In this document: in pieces, positions 1 to 9,287 of the stretch | How the letters are laid out: every line of letters starts with the position of its first letter | How positions within the stretch are numbered: position 1 is the stretch's first letter | NCBI GenBank assembly: GCA_963828255.1 | Contig: CAWHDZ010000017.1 | Location: forward strand, 128,001-192,000 | Source of the DNA: an uncultured delta proteobacterium | GTDB taxonomy: Bacteria > Myxococcota > Myxococcia > Myxococcales > Anaeromyxobacteraceae | Direction: 5' to 3' | Length of the DNA: 64,000 nt | Notes under the pieces: generated by a model | What the model saw: only the letters and a program-made list of their open reading frames with translations | What the model was told of the DNA's origin: nothing | The model's database searches: none | Translations under genes and position numbers: made by a program

Positions 1-1410
1 CAGGTGCGGGTGGCCGCCGTCGTCGTCGAGGGGAACAAGCGCACCCGGACCGCGCTCATCGAGCGGGTGGTGGGGCTGAAGGCGGGGCAGGTCTTCGACC
101 CCGAGGCGGCCACCATCGCCCAGACCGACCTGCTGCGGCTCGGCGTCTTCCGCGCCGTGACCGTTCACCTGGCCGACGCCGACGTGCCCCAGGAGTCGAA
201 GACGCTGGTGGTCCAGGTGGAGGAACGTCCGTGGCAGAGCATCGTGGGGACGGTGGGCCTCTCGCTGGCCGAGGGGCCGCGCGCCGGGCTCGAGTACACC
301 CTGCCCAACCTCTTCGGGAACGCCATCGAGTTCGGCGCGCGGGTCAGGGCCAACTACCCGCTGGTGATCTTCCGGCCCGATCTGATCGTCATCCCCCCCG
401 CCGAGCGGCTCGAGTGGCTGGGGGAGCTCGGGCTCCGCCAGCCCCGCGCCTTCGACCTGCGCTCGGTGGCCCTCCGCGCCGACCTGGTCGGACAGCACAA
501 GATCCAGGCCGCCTACGAGCTTCTGCGCGGCGCCTTCATCACCGGCGTCGACCTGATCCGCCTGGGGCGGATCTCGGCCACGCTCACCGGCCAGCTCGAG
601 GTCGACGACGTCACCAGCCGGACGGCCTACCCGATCATCGACGCCGCCAACCCCCAGGAGGCCCGCCAGGTCTTTCCCCAGGGGCTCACCTGGCTCTTCT
701 CGGTGCAGCCGCGCGTCTCCCTGGACCTGCGCGACAACGCCGCCCGCCCGACGCAGGGGCTCTACGCCGAGGTCTCCGCCGACTTCTCCCACTCCATCGG
801 AAACGCCGACACGGTGTTCCGCAGCGACACCCACATCAACCTGATCAAGCTGCAGGGCACGCTCTCCGGGTACGTGCCGCTCTGGGACCTGGTGCTCGCC
901 GTCTCCGCCACGGCGGGGCAGGTGTTCCCGCTCGACTCCGAGTCGGTGACCATCGCGCCCAAGCGCTTCTACCTGGGCGGCGGCACCAGCATGCGCGGCT
1001 ACGGCGAGAACGAGATGATCCCCCAGGACCAGCGCGGCGCGGTGGCCGCCCAGACCGCGCGCTGCGCCAGCGTGCTCTCCGGCCTGGGGTGCTCGCCGCA
1101 GCTGCAGGAGCTGGTGTCCCGGGGGATCATGCTCCCCAGCCAGGGAGCGCAAGTCTCGGTGCTCTTCCGAGCCGAGCTGCGGGTCCCGCTCTCCCGGTCC
1201 GTCGAGCTGGGCTTCTTCGGCGACTTCGGGAACCTCTGGTACGACCCGGTGCTCCTCGACCTCAAGATGATCCGGACCAACCTGGGGTTCGGGCTGCGCA
1301 TCATCACGCCAGTCGGGCCGGCCGCCTTCGACGTCGGGTTCAACGTGAACCCCGAGTACCGGATCAACGAGCCGGTCTTCGCGCCCCACTTCTCGGTCGG
1401 GTTCTTCTAG
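1..1410 (+). CDS. Omp85/BamA-TamA family outer membrane protein (5' truncated; POTRA domain + beta-barrel)
   Basis: POTRA-like 'VVVEGNKRTR...LLRLGVF...VQVEERP'; barrel motif 'RFYLGGGTSMRGY'; 'NLGFGLRIITPVGPAAFDVG'; C-terminal Phe. Confidence 0.88.
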   Translation, partial: QVRVAAVVVEGNKRTRTALIERVVGLKAGQVFDPEAATIAQTDLLRLGVFRAVTVHLADADVPQESKTLVVQVEERPWQSIVGTVGLSLAEGPRAGLEYTLPNLFGNAIEFGARVRANYPLVIFRPDLIVIPPAERLEWLGELGLRQPRAFDLRSVALRADLVGQHKIQAAYELLRGAFITGVDLIRLGRISATLTGQLEVDDVTSRTAYPIIDAANPQEARQVFPQGLTWLFSVQPRVSLDLRDNAARPTQGLYAEVSADFSHSIGNADTVFRSDTHINLIKLQGTLSGYVPLWDLVLAVSATAGQVFPLDSESVTIAPKRFYLGGGTSMRGYGENEMIPQDQRGAVAAQTARCASVLSGLGCSPQLQELVSRGIMLPSQGAQVSVLFRAELRVPLSRSVELGFFGDFGNLWYDPVLLDLKMIRTNLGFGLRIITPVGPAAFDVGFNVNPEYRINEPVFAPHFSVGFF

Positions 1411-1435
1411 GCGCGCCGGGGTCGAAGGCTCCCCG

Positions 1436-2095
1436 TCAGCGCGGGAACCACGCCATCACCTCGTGGAAGTCGCGGAAGGCGCGGTGCGGCAGCCCGCGCT
1501 CCGCGCAGTGGTCCACGAGGCGCCGGGTGGCGAAGACGAAGTCGGCCGCGTCGGCGGCGCAGCGGTCGGCGGTCCCGTCGCCGCAGACGACCACGCGGTT
1601 CCCGGCGGCCTGCAGCTCGCGGACCACGCTCCCCTTGCAGAAGCCGCACTTGCCGCACCCGTCCTGGCGGGAGGGCCGGTGGAACTCCAGCGTCATCCCC
1701 GAGGGCGAGCAGCGGGCGCGATTGGAGCGCAGCTCGAGGTGGGAGCGCAGGTGGGCCGGGAGTCGCTCCAGGACCGGCTCGATGTAGACGTCGAGGCCGG
1801 CCGAGCAGACGACGAAGGGGCGGCCCGCCGAGGCGCAGGCGGCTACGAAGGGCTCGAAGCCCGGGCGGAGCACGGCCCGCTCCCGCGCGAAGGCGGCGAT
1901 GGCCGGGGCGTCGGCGGTGATGGGCTCGAAGATGCGGCGCAGGAGCTCGCCGAAGGTGAAGGCTCCGGCCGCGTACTCGTCCTCGGCGCGCCGCCAGGTG
2001 TCCTGGCCCGCGAAGCGCTGGGAGACCGCGTCGCCCAGGTCCTCGGTGAGGGCCGTGCCGTCGAAGTCGCAGACCACCGCCCAGCCGTCACGCAC
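1436..2095 (-). CDS. HAD-IB phosphatase, MtnX-like
   Basis: 'VVCDFDGT' motif I, 'CGKCGFCK', 'GDGTADRCAA'; GTG start just after the ppx stop (3' part of ORF 1436..3322). Confidence 0.8.
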   Translation of the reverse strand: MRDGWAVVCDFDGTALTEDLGDAVSQRFAGQDTWRRAEDEYAAGAFTFGELLRRIFEPITADAPAIAAFARERAVLRPGFEPFVAACASAGRPFVVCSAGLDVYIEPVLERLPAHLRSHLELRSNRARCSPSGMTLEFHRPSRQDGCGKCGFCKGSVVRELQAAGNRVVVCGDGTADRCAADAADFVFATRRLVDHCAERGLPHRAFRDFHEVMAWFPR

Positions 2096-2097
2096 CG

Positions 2098-3045
2098 TCA
2101 GACTCCCGCGCCAAAGCGGTCGCGCAGGAGCCCCCAGCGGACCCCGCGGTCGGAGACGGTGAGCCTGTCGAACCCGCCCAGGTCCATGGCGGCGGTCACC
2201 AGGACCGCGCCGGCCAGGATCACGTCGGCCCGCTTCGGCTCCATCCCAGGAAGCCCGGCCCGGGCGGCGGTGGTCAGGGCGGCGAGCCGTCCGAGCAGCG
2301 CCGAGAGCTCCACCCGGGTGAGCGTGGAGCCGTGGACGCGCAGTGCGTCGTAGGCGGGGAGCGCCTGGGCCACCGCGGCGAGCGTGGTGACCGTCCCGGC
2401 CACGGCCACGAGACGCGCGCCGGAGAGCGCCCCGGAGGACCGGATCCCCGCCACCTCGGAGAGCGCGCCGCGCGCCAGTTCCTCCATGCGCGCCAGGTCG
2501 GCGGGGGAGGGCGGGTCGCCGGGCGCCGCGCGCTCGGTCAGGCGCACCGCTCCCATCTGGAAGCTGCGCCGCCCGTCCGGGACCGGGCCGCTCCCCCAGG
2601 TGACCTCCGACGAGCCTCCTCCCACGTCGAGGACGGCGAGCCGTCCGCCCGCGACGCCGAAGTCGCCCCAGGCCGAGAGGTGGACCAGCCGGGCCTCCTC
2701 CCCGCCCGCGATGATCTCCGGGGCGATCCCGGCGGCGGCCCGGCAGGCCTCGAAGAACGTGGCGCCGTTGCCGGCGTCGCGGGCCGCGCTGGTGGCGACC
2801 GCCGCGATGCGCTCCGCTCCCAGCGAGCGGGCCTCGGCGACGTAGCGGGCGATCACCGCCACGGTGTCGGCGATGGCGGCGGCGTCGAGCTGTCCGGTGC
2901 GGTCGACGCCCCGCCCCAGCCTGGTGATCTCGGCCCGCTCCACGACCGGAAGGAAGGAGGGGCCGCGCCGCTCGGCCACCGTGAGGAGGACCGTGTTGGT
3001 CCCCACGTCGATGACGGCGACGCGCCCCGGGGCCGGGCCGGTCAT
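2098..3045 (-). CDS. ppx: Ppx/GppA family exopolyphosphatase
   Basis: 'AVIDVGTNTV', 'ATSAARDA', 'DVGGGSSE', 'RADVILAG', 'SDRGVRWG'. Confidence 0.9.
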   Translation of the reverse strand: MTGPAPGRVAVIDVGTNTVLLTVAERRGPSFLPVVERAEITRLGRGVDRTGQLDAAAIADTVAVIARYVAEARSLGAERIAAVATSAARDAGNGATFFEACRAAAGIAPEIIAGGEEARLVHLSAWGDFGVAGGRLAVLDVGGGSSEVTWGSGPVPDGRRSFQMGAVRLTERAAPGDPPSPADLARMEELARGALSEVAGIRSSGALSGARLVAVAGTVTTLAAVAQALPAYDALRVHGSTLTRVELSALLGRLAALTTAARAGLPGMEPKRADVILAGAVLVTAAMDLGGFDRLTVSDRGVRWGLLRDRFGAGV

Positions 3046-4343
3046 CGCGCGAACGGCCCCCAGGCCGAGGCCGCGATGCCGGTCGCCTCGCCGGTGACCA
3101 CCCGCTGCCGGTCGCCGGCGGGGTTGGCCACGACGAGCTGCTGCTTGCCCCCGCGGTCGGAGACGAGCACGAGCAGGCGCCCGTTTGGAGCCCAGGAGGG
3201 CTCCTCGTTGGTGAGCCCCTGGTCCTGGGTGACGCGGGTGATCCGGCCCGTCTCGGGGGAGATGAGGAACACGTCGAAGACCTTGCGCTCGTCACGCGCA
3301 GTGAAGGCGATCTGGTCGCCACGCGGGCTCCAGCGCGGGGTCTGGTTGTAGTTGCCCTTGAAGGTGAGCCGCCGCTGGTCGGAGCCGTCGGCGTTCATCA
3401 AGTAGACGTGCGGGTTCCCGGAGCGGCTGGAGACGAAGGCGATGCGCCGGCCGTCGGGCGACCAGCTGGGCGAGGTGTCGGTGGCCGGGTCGCTGGTGAG
3501 GCGCCGGATGCCGCCGCCGTCGGCGCTGGCCACGTAGACGTCGGAGTTGCCGTCCACCGAGGCGGTGAAGGCGATGCTCCTGCCGTCCGGCGAGTAGACG
3601 CCGCCGCTGGCCAGGTCGCCGAGCGACACCACCAGCCGGGGCGTCCCCTCCGGCACCTTGAGGCCCCAGATCTCCGGCTTCCCGGAGCGGTAGCTGGTGA
3701 CCAGGATCTCGCCGCCGTCGGGGCGCCAGGAGGGGAGCATGGTGATGGTGTTCTCCCTCCGCAGGGTCTCGGCCCCCTTGCCGTCGGCGTCGAGGAGCAC
3801 CACCTCCCAGGTGCCCCGCCCCTTCCGGATGGCGGCGATGCGGGTCCGGAAGACGCCCGGCTCCCGGGTGTAGAACTGCAGCACGTCGTCGGCGAACCGG
3901 TGGGCGAGCGCCCGGGCCGTCCGCTCCCGGTAGACACGGTAGAGCGCCTCGCGCCCGGCGCGCACGTCGTAGAGGTGCAGCTCCCCGGCCACCAGCGCCC
4001 CCTCCCGCTTCACCGTCGCCTTGACGAGCCCCTCGGCGCCCACGTCGGTCCAGCGGGTGAACTTGATGGAGGAGGCGGCGGTGCCCTCCGAGGAGTCGGC
4101 CAGGAAGGAGCGCGGGTCGAGCAGGTCGAAGATCCCGGTCAGCGCCAGGTCGTCGCGGAAGGTCTGGTTCACGTCCACCGCGTCGGCCTGGGCCCCCGGG
4201 CCCGACTGGAACGGGGTCACCGCCAGGGCGAGCGGCCTGAAGTCGGGGGAGCCCACGTCGATGTACTGGCGCTGGGCCAGGGCCCGCGAGGGGGACAGGA
4301 GCGACGAGGCGAGGAGGGCGGCGGCCAGGAGGAGTTTGCGCAT
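3042..4343 (-). CDS. tolB: Tol-Pal beta-propeller protein TolB
   Basis: Signal peptide MRKLLLAAA; repeated PD40 motifs (PSWSPDG, PRWSPRG, PSWAPNG); follows tolQRA. Confidence 0.9.
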   Translation of the reverse strand: MRKLLLAAALLASSLLSPSRALAQRQYIDVGSPDFRPLALAVTPFQSGPGAQADAVDVNQTFRDDLALTGIFDLLDPRSFLADSSEGTAASSIKFTRWTDVGAEGLVKATVKREGALVAGELHLYDVRAGREALYRVYRERTARALAHRFADDVLQFYTREPGVFRTRIAAIRKGRGTWEVVLLDADGKGAETLRRENTITMLPSWRPDGGEILVTSYRSGKPEIWGLKVPEGTPRLVVSLGDLASGGVYSPDGRSIAFTASVDGNSDVYVASADGGGIRRLTSDPATDTSPSWSPDGRRIAFVSSRSGNPHVYLMNADGSDQRRLTFKGNYNQTPRWSPRGDQIAFTARDERKVFDVFLISPETGRITRVTQDQGLTNEEPSWAPNGRLLVLVSDRGGKQQLVVANPAGDRQRVVTGEATGIAASAWGPFAR

Positions 4344-5107
4344 TAGACCTTGAAGTTCACGCCGAGTCCCACCGAGCGGTAACGCTTGCGGAACTCCTGC
4401 GGGGGTGGGGGGAGGCGGGACTCGCGCACGGCGCGCTCCAGCGCCTGGTCGAAGGCGGCGTTCCCGCTGCGCTTCTCGAAGCGGAAGCTGGAGACGCGCC
4501 CGTCGGGCTCGATGGTGATGACGACGATGGCGGCGAGGTGGAGCCGCTCCTGCTCGGAGATGGTGGCCGGGAGCCGGTAGGAGGACTGGAGCGCCTGGGT
4601 GACGAGGCCGAGGTAACGGTCCCCCTCCGAGGCGTCGGTGGCGTCCCCATCGGGCAGGCCGGAGGGATCGCCCCAGCGCTCCTTCGACGCGAGCTTGTCG
4701 TCCTTGCGCACCTTGTCGAGGGCGCGGGAGAGGGCGTCCGACCCCTTGCCCGACGCGGTGGCCGAGGCCGGTCGGGGCGGCGTCGGCTTGGGCGTCACCT
4801 TGGGTGCGGGGAGGGCGACGGTCTTCTGGGCCGGGGCGGGAGGCCCCGGGACGGGAACCGGCACGGCGTCGGGCGCGCGGGGCGCCGCCTCGGGAGGCGG
4901 GACCTCGCGCCGCGGGAGCCACTGCTCGGGACGCTTCTCCCCCAGCCGCACCAGCTTTGCGACGATGGGCTTCTGCTCCAGGTTCACGATGGGGGGCGGC
5001 CGGACGAAGAAGGCCGCGCCGACGAAGACCACGTGGAGCCCGACCGAGACGAAGACGAGCGGCCAGAGCCGGTCCGGGCCGCGCCGGAGCGCGCGCTCCC
5101 CCGTCAC
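4343..5107 (-). CDS. tolA: TolA/TonB-family energy transducer
   Basis: N-terminal TM with SxxLH motif, Pro-rich linker, TonB_C 'SGNAAFDQALERAV...LPPPP'; GTGA overlap with tolR. Confidence 0.8.
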   Translation of the reverse strand: MTGERALRRGPDRLWPLVFVSVGLHVVFVGAAFFVRPPPIVNLEQKPIVAKLVRLGEKRPEQWLPRREVPPPEAAPRAPDAVPVPVPGPPAPAQKTVALPAPKVTPKPTPPRPASATASGKGSDALSRALDKVRKDDKLASKERWGDPSGLPDGDATDASEGDRYLGLVTQALQSSYRLPATISEQERLHLAAIVVITIEPDGRVSSFRFEKRSGNAAFDQALERAVRESRLPPPPQEFRKRYRSVGLGVNFKV

Positions 5108-5550
5108 TCCCGGCGCCCCTCCGGCCGATCGGGGACCGGGTCGGTGATCATGCCCAGGTTGGTCACGCCGGCGCGCTGCACCGCGGCCATGACCTCCACC
5201 ACGAAGCCGTAGGGCAGTGCCTTGTCGGCCATGAGGTAGAGCTCGCGGTCCTTCGCCACCCGGGCGTTGGCCTTCAGCTTCTCCTCCAGCTCGGGGAGGG
5301 TGAGCCGCGCCGGCTTGTCGTCGGTGCCCAGCCACAGGCTCCTGTCGGACTTGATGGAGAGGACGAGCTTCTGGTCCTCGGCCTTCACCGGCTGCGCCTT
5401 CACCTGGGGGAGCGCCACCTCCACGCCCTGCTGGATGAGGGGCGCCGTGACCATGAAGATGATGAGCAGGACGAGCATCACGTCGACGAGCGGCGTGACG
5501 TTGATCTCCGTGAGCGTCTGGCGGCCGGAGCCGCTCGTCCCGATGGCCAC
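5104..5550 (-). CDS. tolR: TolR/ExbD protein
   Basis: 'EINVTPLVDVMLVLLIIFMVTAP', 'ADKALPYG'. Confidence 0.92.
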   Translation of the reverse strand: MAIGTSGSGRQTLTEINVTPLVDVMLVLLIIFMVTAPLIQQGVEVALPQVKAQPVKAEDQKLVLSIKSDRSLWLGTDDKPARLTLPELEEKLKANARVAKDRELYLMADKALPYGFVVEVMAAVQRAGVTNLGMITDPVPDRPEGRRE

Positions 5551-5559
5551 GCGGTCCCT

Positions 5560-6297
5560 CTAGCTGAAGAAGTGGCGCTTCACGATGTTCAGGAAGTCGT
5601 TGGAGAAGTTGGTCATCTCGCTGTCGAGGACCCGGATGCGCGAGACGAAGAGGTTGTAGAACACCACCGCCGGGATGGCCGCGAAGAGCCCGAAGGCGGT
5701 GGCGATGAGGGCCTCGGAGATGGGCTTCGCCACGGTGGCCAGGTTGGCGTTTCCAGCCTGGTAGATGTCGTGGAAGGCCGCCATGATTCCCCACACCGTT
5801 CCGAAGAGGCCGACGAACGGGGCGGCGCTGGCGGTGGTTCCCAGGAACGGCACCAGCGACTCGAGCTGGGTCACCTCGGCGACGGCGGCGCGCTTGAGCG
5901 CCCGCTCGACGTTCTCGATGCCCCCCAGCTGCTCGGCCATGGCTCCCTCGGGCCCCTTCTTCTGCGCGGTGACCTTGGAGAGCTCCACGTAGCCGGCCCG
6001 GAAGACCGCGGCGATGGGGCTGGCCGGCAGCCCCTCGGCAGCCTGGTAGATGGCGTCGAGACGCTTCGACTGCCAGAACACCTCCAGGAACTTCGCCGAC
6101 TCGGCCTGCGCCTTCCGCAGGGCCAACCACTTCTTGAGGATGATGGCCCAGGAGACCACCGAGGCGACGAGCAAGAGCGCCAGCACGCCCCCCACCACCA
6201 GCCCCGAGTTCATGACGATCTCGAGGTAGTCGATCTCGCCTCCGCGGCCGGCGGAGGGGAGCAGTTCGAGGATCGATGCGTTCAGGGGAGTGACCAG
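5560..6297 (-). CDS. tolQ: TolQ (MotA/TolQ/ExbB proton channel); start uncertain (CTG 6297 or ATG 6213)
   Basis: 'APFVGLFGTVWGIM', 'ISEALIATAFGLFAAIPAV'. Confidence 0.9.
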   Translation of the reverse strand: MVTPLNASILELLPSAGRGGEIDYLEIVMNSGLVVGGVLALLLVASVVSWAIILKKWLALRKAQAESAKFLEVFWQSKRLDAIYQAAEGLPASPIAAVFRAGYVELSKVTAQKKGPEGAMAEQLGGIENVERALKRAAVAEVTQLESLVPFLGTTASAAPFVGLFGTVWGIMAAFHDIYQAGNANLATVAKPISEALIATAFGLFAAIPAVVFYNLFVSRIRVLDSEMTNFSNDFLNIVKRHFFS

Positions 6298-6493
6298 GCT
6301 TTGGCTCCGGGAAAGTCGAGGAAGACCACCGTACCTAGCACGACTTCCGGGGGGCGTCACGGAGGACAACCCCGCGGAGCCAGGGGAATTCCCGCAGGAA
6401 AAAGCGACCGTCGCCGCGTGAGGATCCGTGCCTTCCGGGTCGCCCTGAATAGAATGGCATGAGACCGACGTCCGTCGTTCCGGGAGGAACTCC

Positions 6494-7294
6494 ATGAAGC
6501 GCGTCGCCGCCGCCGCACTCGCCGCACTCTCCGTAGCCGCCTGCGGTCCGACCTCCCCGCCGCTCGTGGAGGTGACCATCTGGTGGGAGTTCGACCGGAA
6601 TACGCTGATCGACGGCGTGCCCGACTTCGTCCCCTATGACACGTTCGTCAACTGGACACCCGGCACGGGCAACCGCAGGTGCCCCGATTCCAGGGTCGAC
6701 TTCGTGATCGTCTTCGACAACGCCGGGAACCAACTTTCCCCGGCCACCCCCTGCATCAACCAGGACGTGCAGGGGACGGTGGTCCTCGGATTCCAGGCGC
6801 CCAGCGTCTACTGGGTCGAAGGCTGGCGCAATGGTGTCTCGGTTCCCTTGTACCGGGGCCAGGTGACGATCGACGGGAGCGCTCCACCGCCGGCGCCGCC
6901 ATACTCGGGGACCGCCATCGCGGCCGGCATCCAGAGCAACCTCACCATCGACATGATCCTCGCCGACGCCAACGCCCCGCTCGGCTGGCCGACCTGCGGT
7001 ACCGCCCGCGTCGACCAGTTCCAGGGCTGGGTCGAGGACTGGAACGGCACGTTGGTGTGGAGCAACACCATCAACTGCGGCCCCTCCTTCATGCCGAGCA
7101 TCCAGTACGGGCCCGTGGACCGCGACGACCTGTTCATCTGGATCGACACTCTCGACAACACGTTCGCGCCGCCCGACATCCCTTGGTCGATCTGCGACTT
7201 CGGCTTCGGCCACTTTCAGAACAACCTCTTCTCGCTCCGGATCCCGCAGGGTATCTGCCCTCTGGGTACTCCCGCCCTCCGCGCGTCGAGGTAG
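6494..7294 (+). CDS. Hypothetical Cys-rich lipoprotein
   Basis: GGAGG RBS, signal peptide with lipobox VAAC, coding-like codon usage; no family recognised. Confidence 0.75.
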   Translation: MKRVAAAALAALSVAACGPTSPPLVEVTIWWEFDRNTLIDGVPDFVPYDTFVNWTPGTGNRRCPDSRVDFVIVFDNAGNQLSPATPCINQDVQGTVVLGFQAPSVYWVEGWRNGVSVPLYRGQVTIDGSAPPPAPPYSGTAIAAGIQSNLTIDMILADANAPLGWPTCGTARVDQFQGWVEDWNGTLVWSNTINCGPSFMPSIQYGPVDRDDLFIWIDTLDNTFAPPDIPWSICDFGFGHFQNNLFSLRIPQGICPLGTPALRASR

Positions 7295-7303
7295 ATTCCG
7301 CCG

Positions 7304-8086
7304 ATGCCCCGCATCGGCATCTTCGACTCCGGCGTGGGCGGGCTCACCGTCCAGCGCGCCATCCTCGACGCGCTGCCGGGGCTCGACACCGTCTACCTCG
7401 GCGACACCGCCCGCGTTCCCTACGGGACCAAGTCGCCGGAGGTGGTGACCCAGTATTCGGTCCGCAATGGCCGGGTGCTGGTCTCCCGCGGCGTCGAGAT
7501 GCTGGTGGTCGCCTGCAACACCGCATCGGCGGTCGCGCTGCCGGCCATGCGGGAGGCCTTCGACGTCCCGGTCCTCGGCGTGGTCGAGCCCGGGGCCCGC
7601 GCCGCCGCCAAAGCCACCCGCTCCGGGAGGGTGGGGATCCTCGGAACCCAGAGCACCGTGGCGAGCGGCGCCTACCAGCGGGCGATCGAGGCGCTCCTCC
7701 CCGGCGCCCGGGTCACCGCCCAGGCCTGTCCGCTCTTCGTCCCGCTCGCCGAGGAGGGCTGGACCGACCCCTCAGACGAGGTGGTCCGGCTCGTGGCCCG
7801 GCGCTACCTGGCCCCGGTCCGGGCCGCCGGCGTCGACGTGGTGGTGCTGGGGTGCACGCACTATCCGTTGCTGGCCGAGGCCATCGCCGCGGAGCTCCCC
7901 GGGGTGGTGCTCGTGGACAGCGCCGCCGCCATCGCCGAGGAGGTCCGCGCGCGCTTCCCGGCCTCGGCCACGGGGGGGCCGGCCGCCCACGAGTTCCTGG
8001 TCACCGACACGCCCGACCGGTTCCTCCGGGTCGCTCCCCGCTTCCTGGGACGACCGGTGGAGTCGGCGCGCCACGTCGACGTCTGA
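7304..8086 (+). CDS. murI: Glutamate racemase
   Basis: 'IGIFDSGVGGLTV', 'PYGTKS', 'VACNTAS', 'LGCTHYP'. Confidence 0.96.
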   Translation: MPRIGIFDSGVGGLTVQRAILDALPGLDTVYLGDTARVPYGTKSPEVVTQYSVRNGRVLVSRGVEMLVVACNTASAVALPAMREAFDVPVLGVVEPGARAAAKATRSGRVGILGTQSTVASGAYQRAIEALLPGARVTAQACPLFVPLAEEGWTDPSDEVVRLVARRYLAPVRAAGVDVVVLGCTHYPLLAEAIAAELPGVVLVDSAAAIAEEVRARFPASATGGPAAHEFLVTDTPDRFLRVAPRFLGRPVESARHVDV

Positions 8087-8099
8087 TACATTCGCCCCC

Positions 8100-8588
8100 A
8101 TGCCGCCGGGGCCGAAGAAGATGGTTGTCGGCTTCAACCACAACATCAAGTACCGCGGCCAGACCTACCACGCCCAGACCGAGGACTCGGGAGCCGACCG
8201 CGCCCAGGTGGTCACCCACCTGTTCCTGGGGGGCAACATCATCGCCAGCAAGCGGACCGGCTACGCCGACATCGCCGCCGCGGAGAACCTCTCCGACGTG
8301 GTGCGCGCGCTCATGGAGGAGCAGCACAAGGAGGTCCTGCGGAACCTCGTTCACGGAGTGTACGATCACACGGCGCTGCCGCGCGCCCCGGTTCGCGACT
8401 TCGCCCCGGCGCCCTCTCCGGTGGCGGCCCCGGCCGCCGCCCCGGCGGTCGCCCCGCCTCCGCCGGTGGAGGAGATGCCGGCCCGCCCGGCCGACACCCT
8501 CTTCGGCGAGGACCTCATCTCCGAGCGGTCCCTCGACGAGGTGATCCTGGCCTACCTGGCGGGGGACGACGGCCGGGCAGGCCGTTGA
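8100..8588 (+). CDS. Hypothetical protein (globular N-terminus, Pro/Ala linker, 'SLDEVILAYL' C-terminal motif)
   Basis: Protein-like 3' part of ORF 7467..8588 ('GFNHNIKYRGQTYHAQTEDSG'); fills the murI-ftsE gap. Confidence 0.75.
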   Translation: MPPGPKKMVVGFNHNIKYRGQTYHAQTEDSGADRAQVVTHLFLGGNIIASKRTGYADIAAAENLSDVVRALMEEQHKEVLRNLVHGVYDHTALPRAPVRDFAPAPSPVAAPAAAPAVAPPPPVEEMPARPADTLFGEDLISERSLDEVILAYLAGDDGRAGR

Positions 8589-8601
8589 GCGCGGGGGCCC
8601 G

Positions 8602-9285
8602 ATGATCCAGCTCTTCCACGTCGAGAAGCGGTACGGGGAGGAGGCCCCGGCGCTCGTCGACGTGACCCTGGAGATCAAGAAGGGCGAGTTCGTCTTCCTG
8701 ACCGGACCGTCCGGCGCCGGCAAGTCCACGCTGCTGCGGCTCATCTTCTGCGCCGAGCCCCCCACCGCCGGGCAGGTGCTGGTCTTCGGGCGCAACGTGG
8801 CACGGATCCGCGCCTCCTCCGTTCCGTACGTCCGACGCAGCATCGGCGTGGTCTTCCAGGACTTCAAGCTGCTCCCGAACCGGACCCTGGCCGAGAACGT
8901 GGCTTTTCCACTTCAAGTGAAGGGTGTACGCCCGGCCGACGTGGGACGGCGGGTGACCCAGGCGCTGCGCGGGGTGGGGCTCGAGCACCGCGCCAGCCGG
9001 TTCCCGCTCAGCCTCTCCGGCGGGGAGCAGCAGCGCGCCGCGGTGGCCAGGGCGCTGGTGGGCGATCCCGCGCTCCTCCTCGCCGACGAGCCCACCGGCA
9101 ACCTCGACCCCGACCGGACGGCGGAGGTGCTGCTGCTCCTCGAGGCGGCCAACGCCCGCGGGACCACCGTGGTGGTGGCGACACACGACCGGGCCATCCT
9201 GTCGCGCCACAAGAAGCGGGTCGTCGCCCTGGAGGGGGGACGGGTCGTGGGGGACGGGGCGCCGCAGCGCCCCTCCGCGGGATAG
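8602..9285 (+). CDS. ftsE: Cell division ATP-binding protein FtsE
   Basis: Walker A GPSGAGKST, 'GVVFQDFKLL', LSGGEQQR, 'LLADEPTGNLD'. Confidence 0.93.
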   Translation: MIQLFHVEKRYGEEAPALVDVTLEIKKGEFVFLTGPSGAGKSTLLRLIFCAEPPTAGQVLVFGRNVARIRASSVPYVRRSIGVVFQDFKLLPNRTLAENVAFPLQVKGVRPADVGRRVTQALRGVGLEHRASRFPLSLSGGEQQRAAVARALVGDPALLLADEPTGNLDPDRTAEVLLLLEAANARGTTVVVATHDRAILSRHKKRVVALEGGRVVGDGAPQRPSAG

Positions 9286-9287
9286 CC

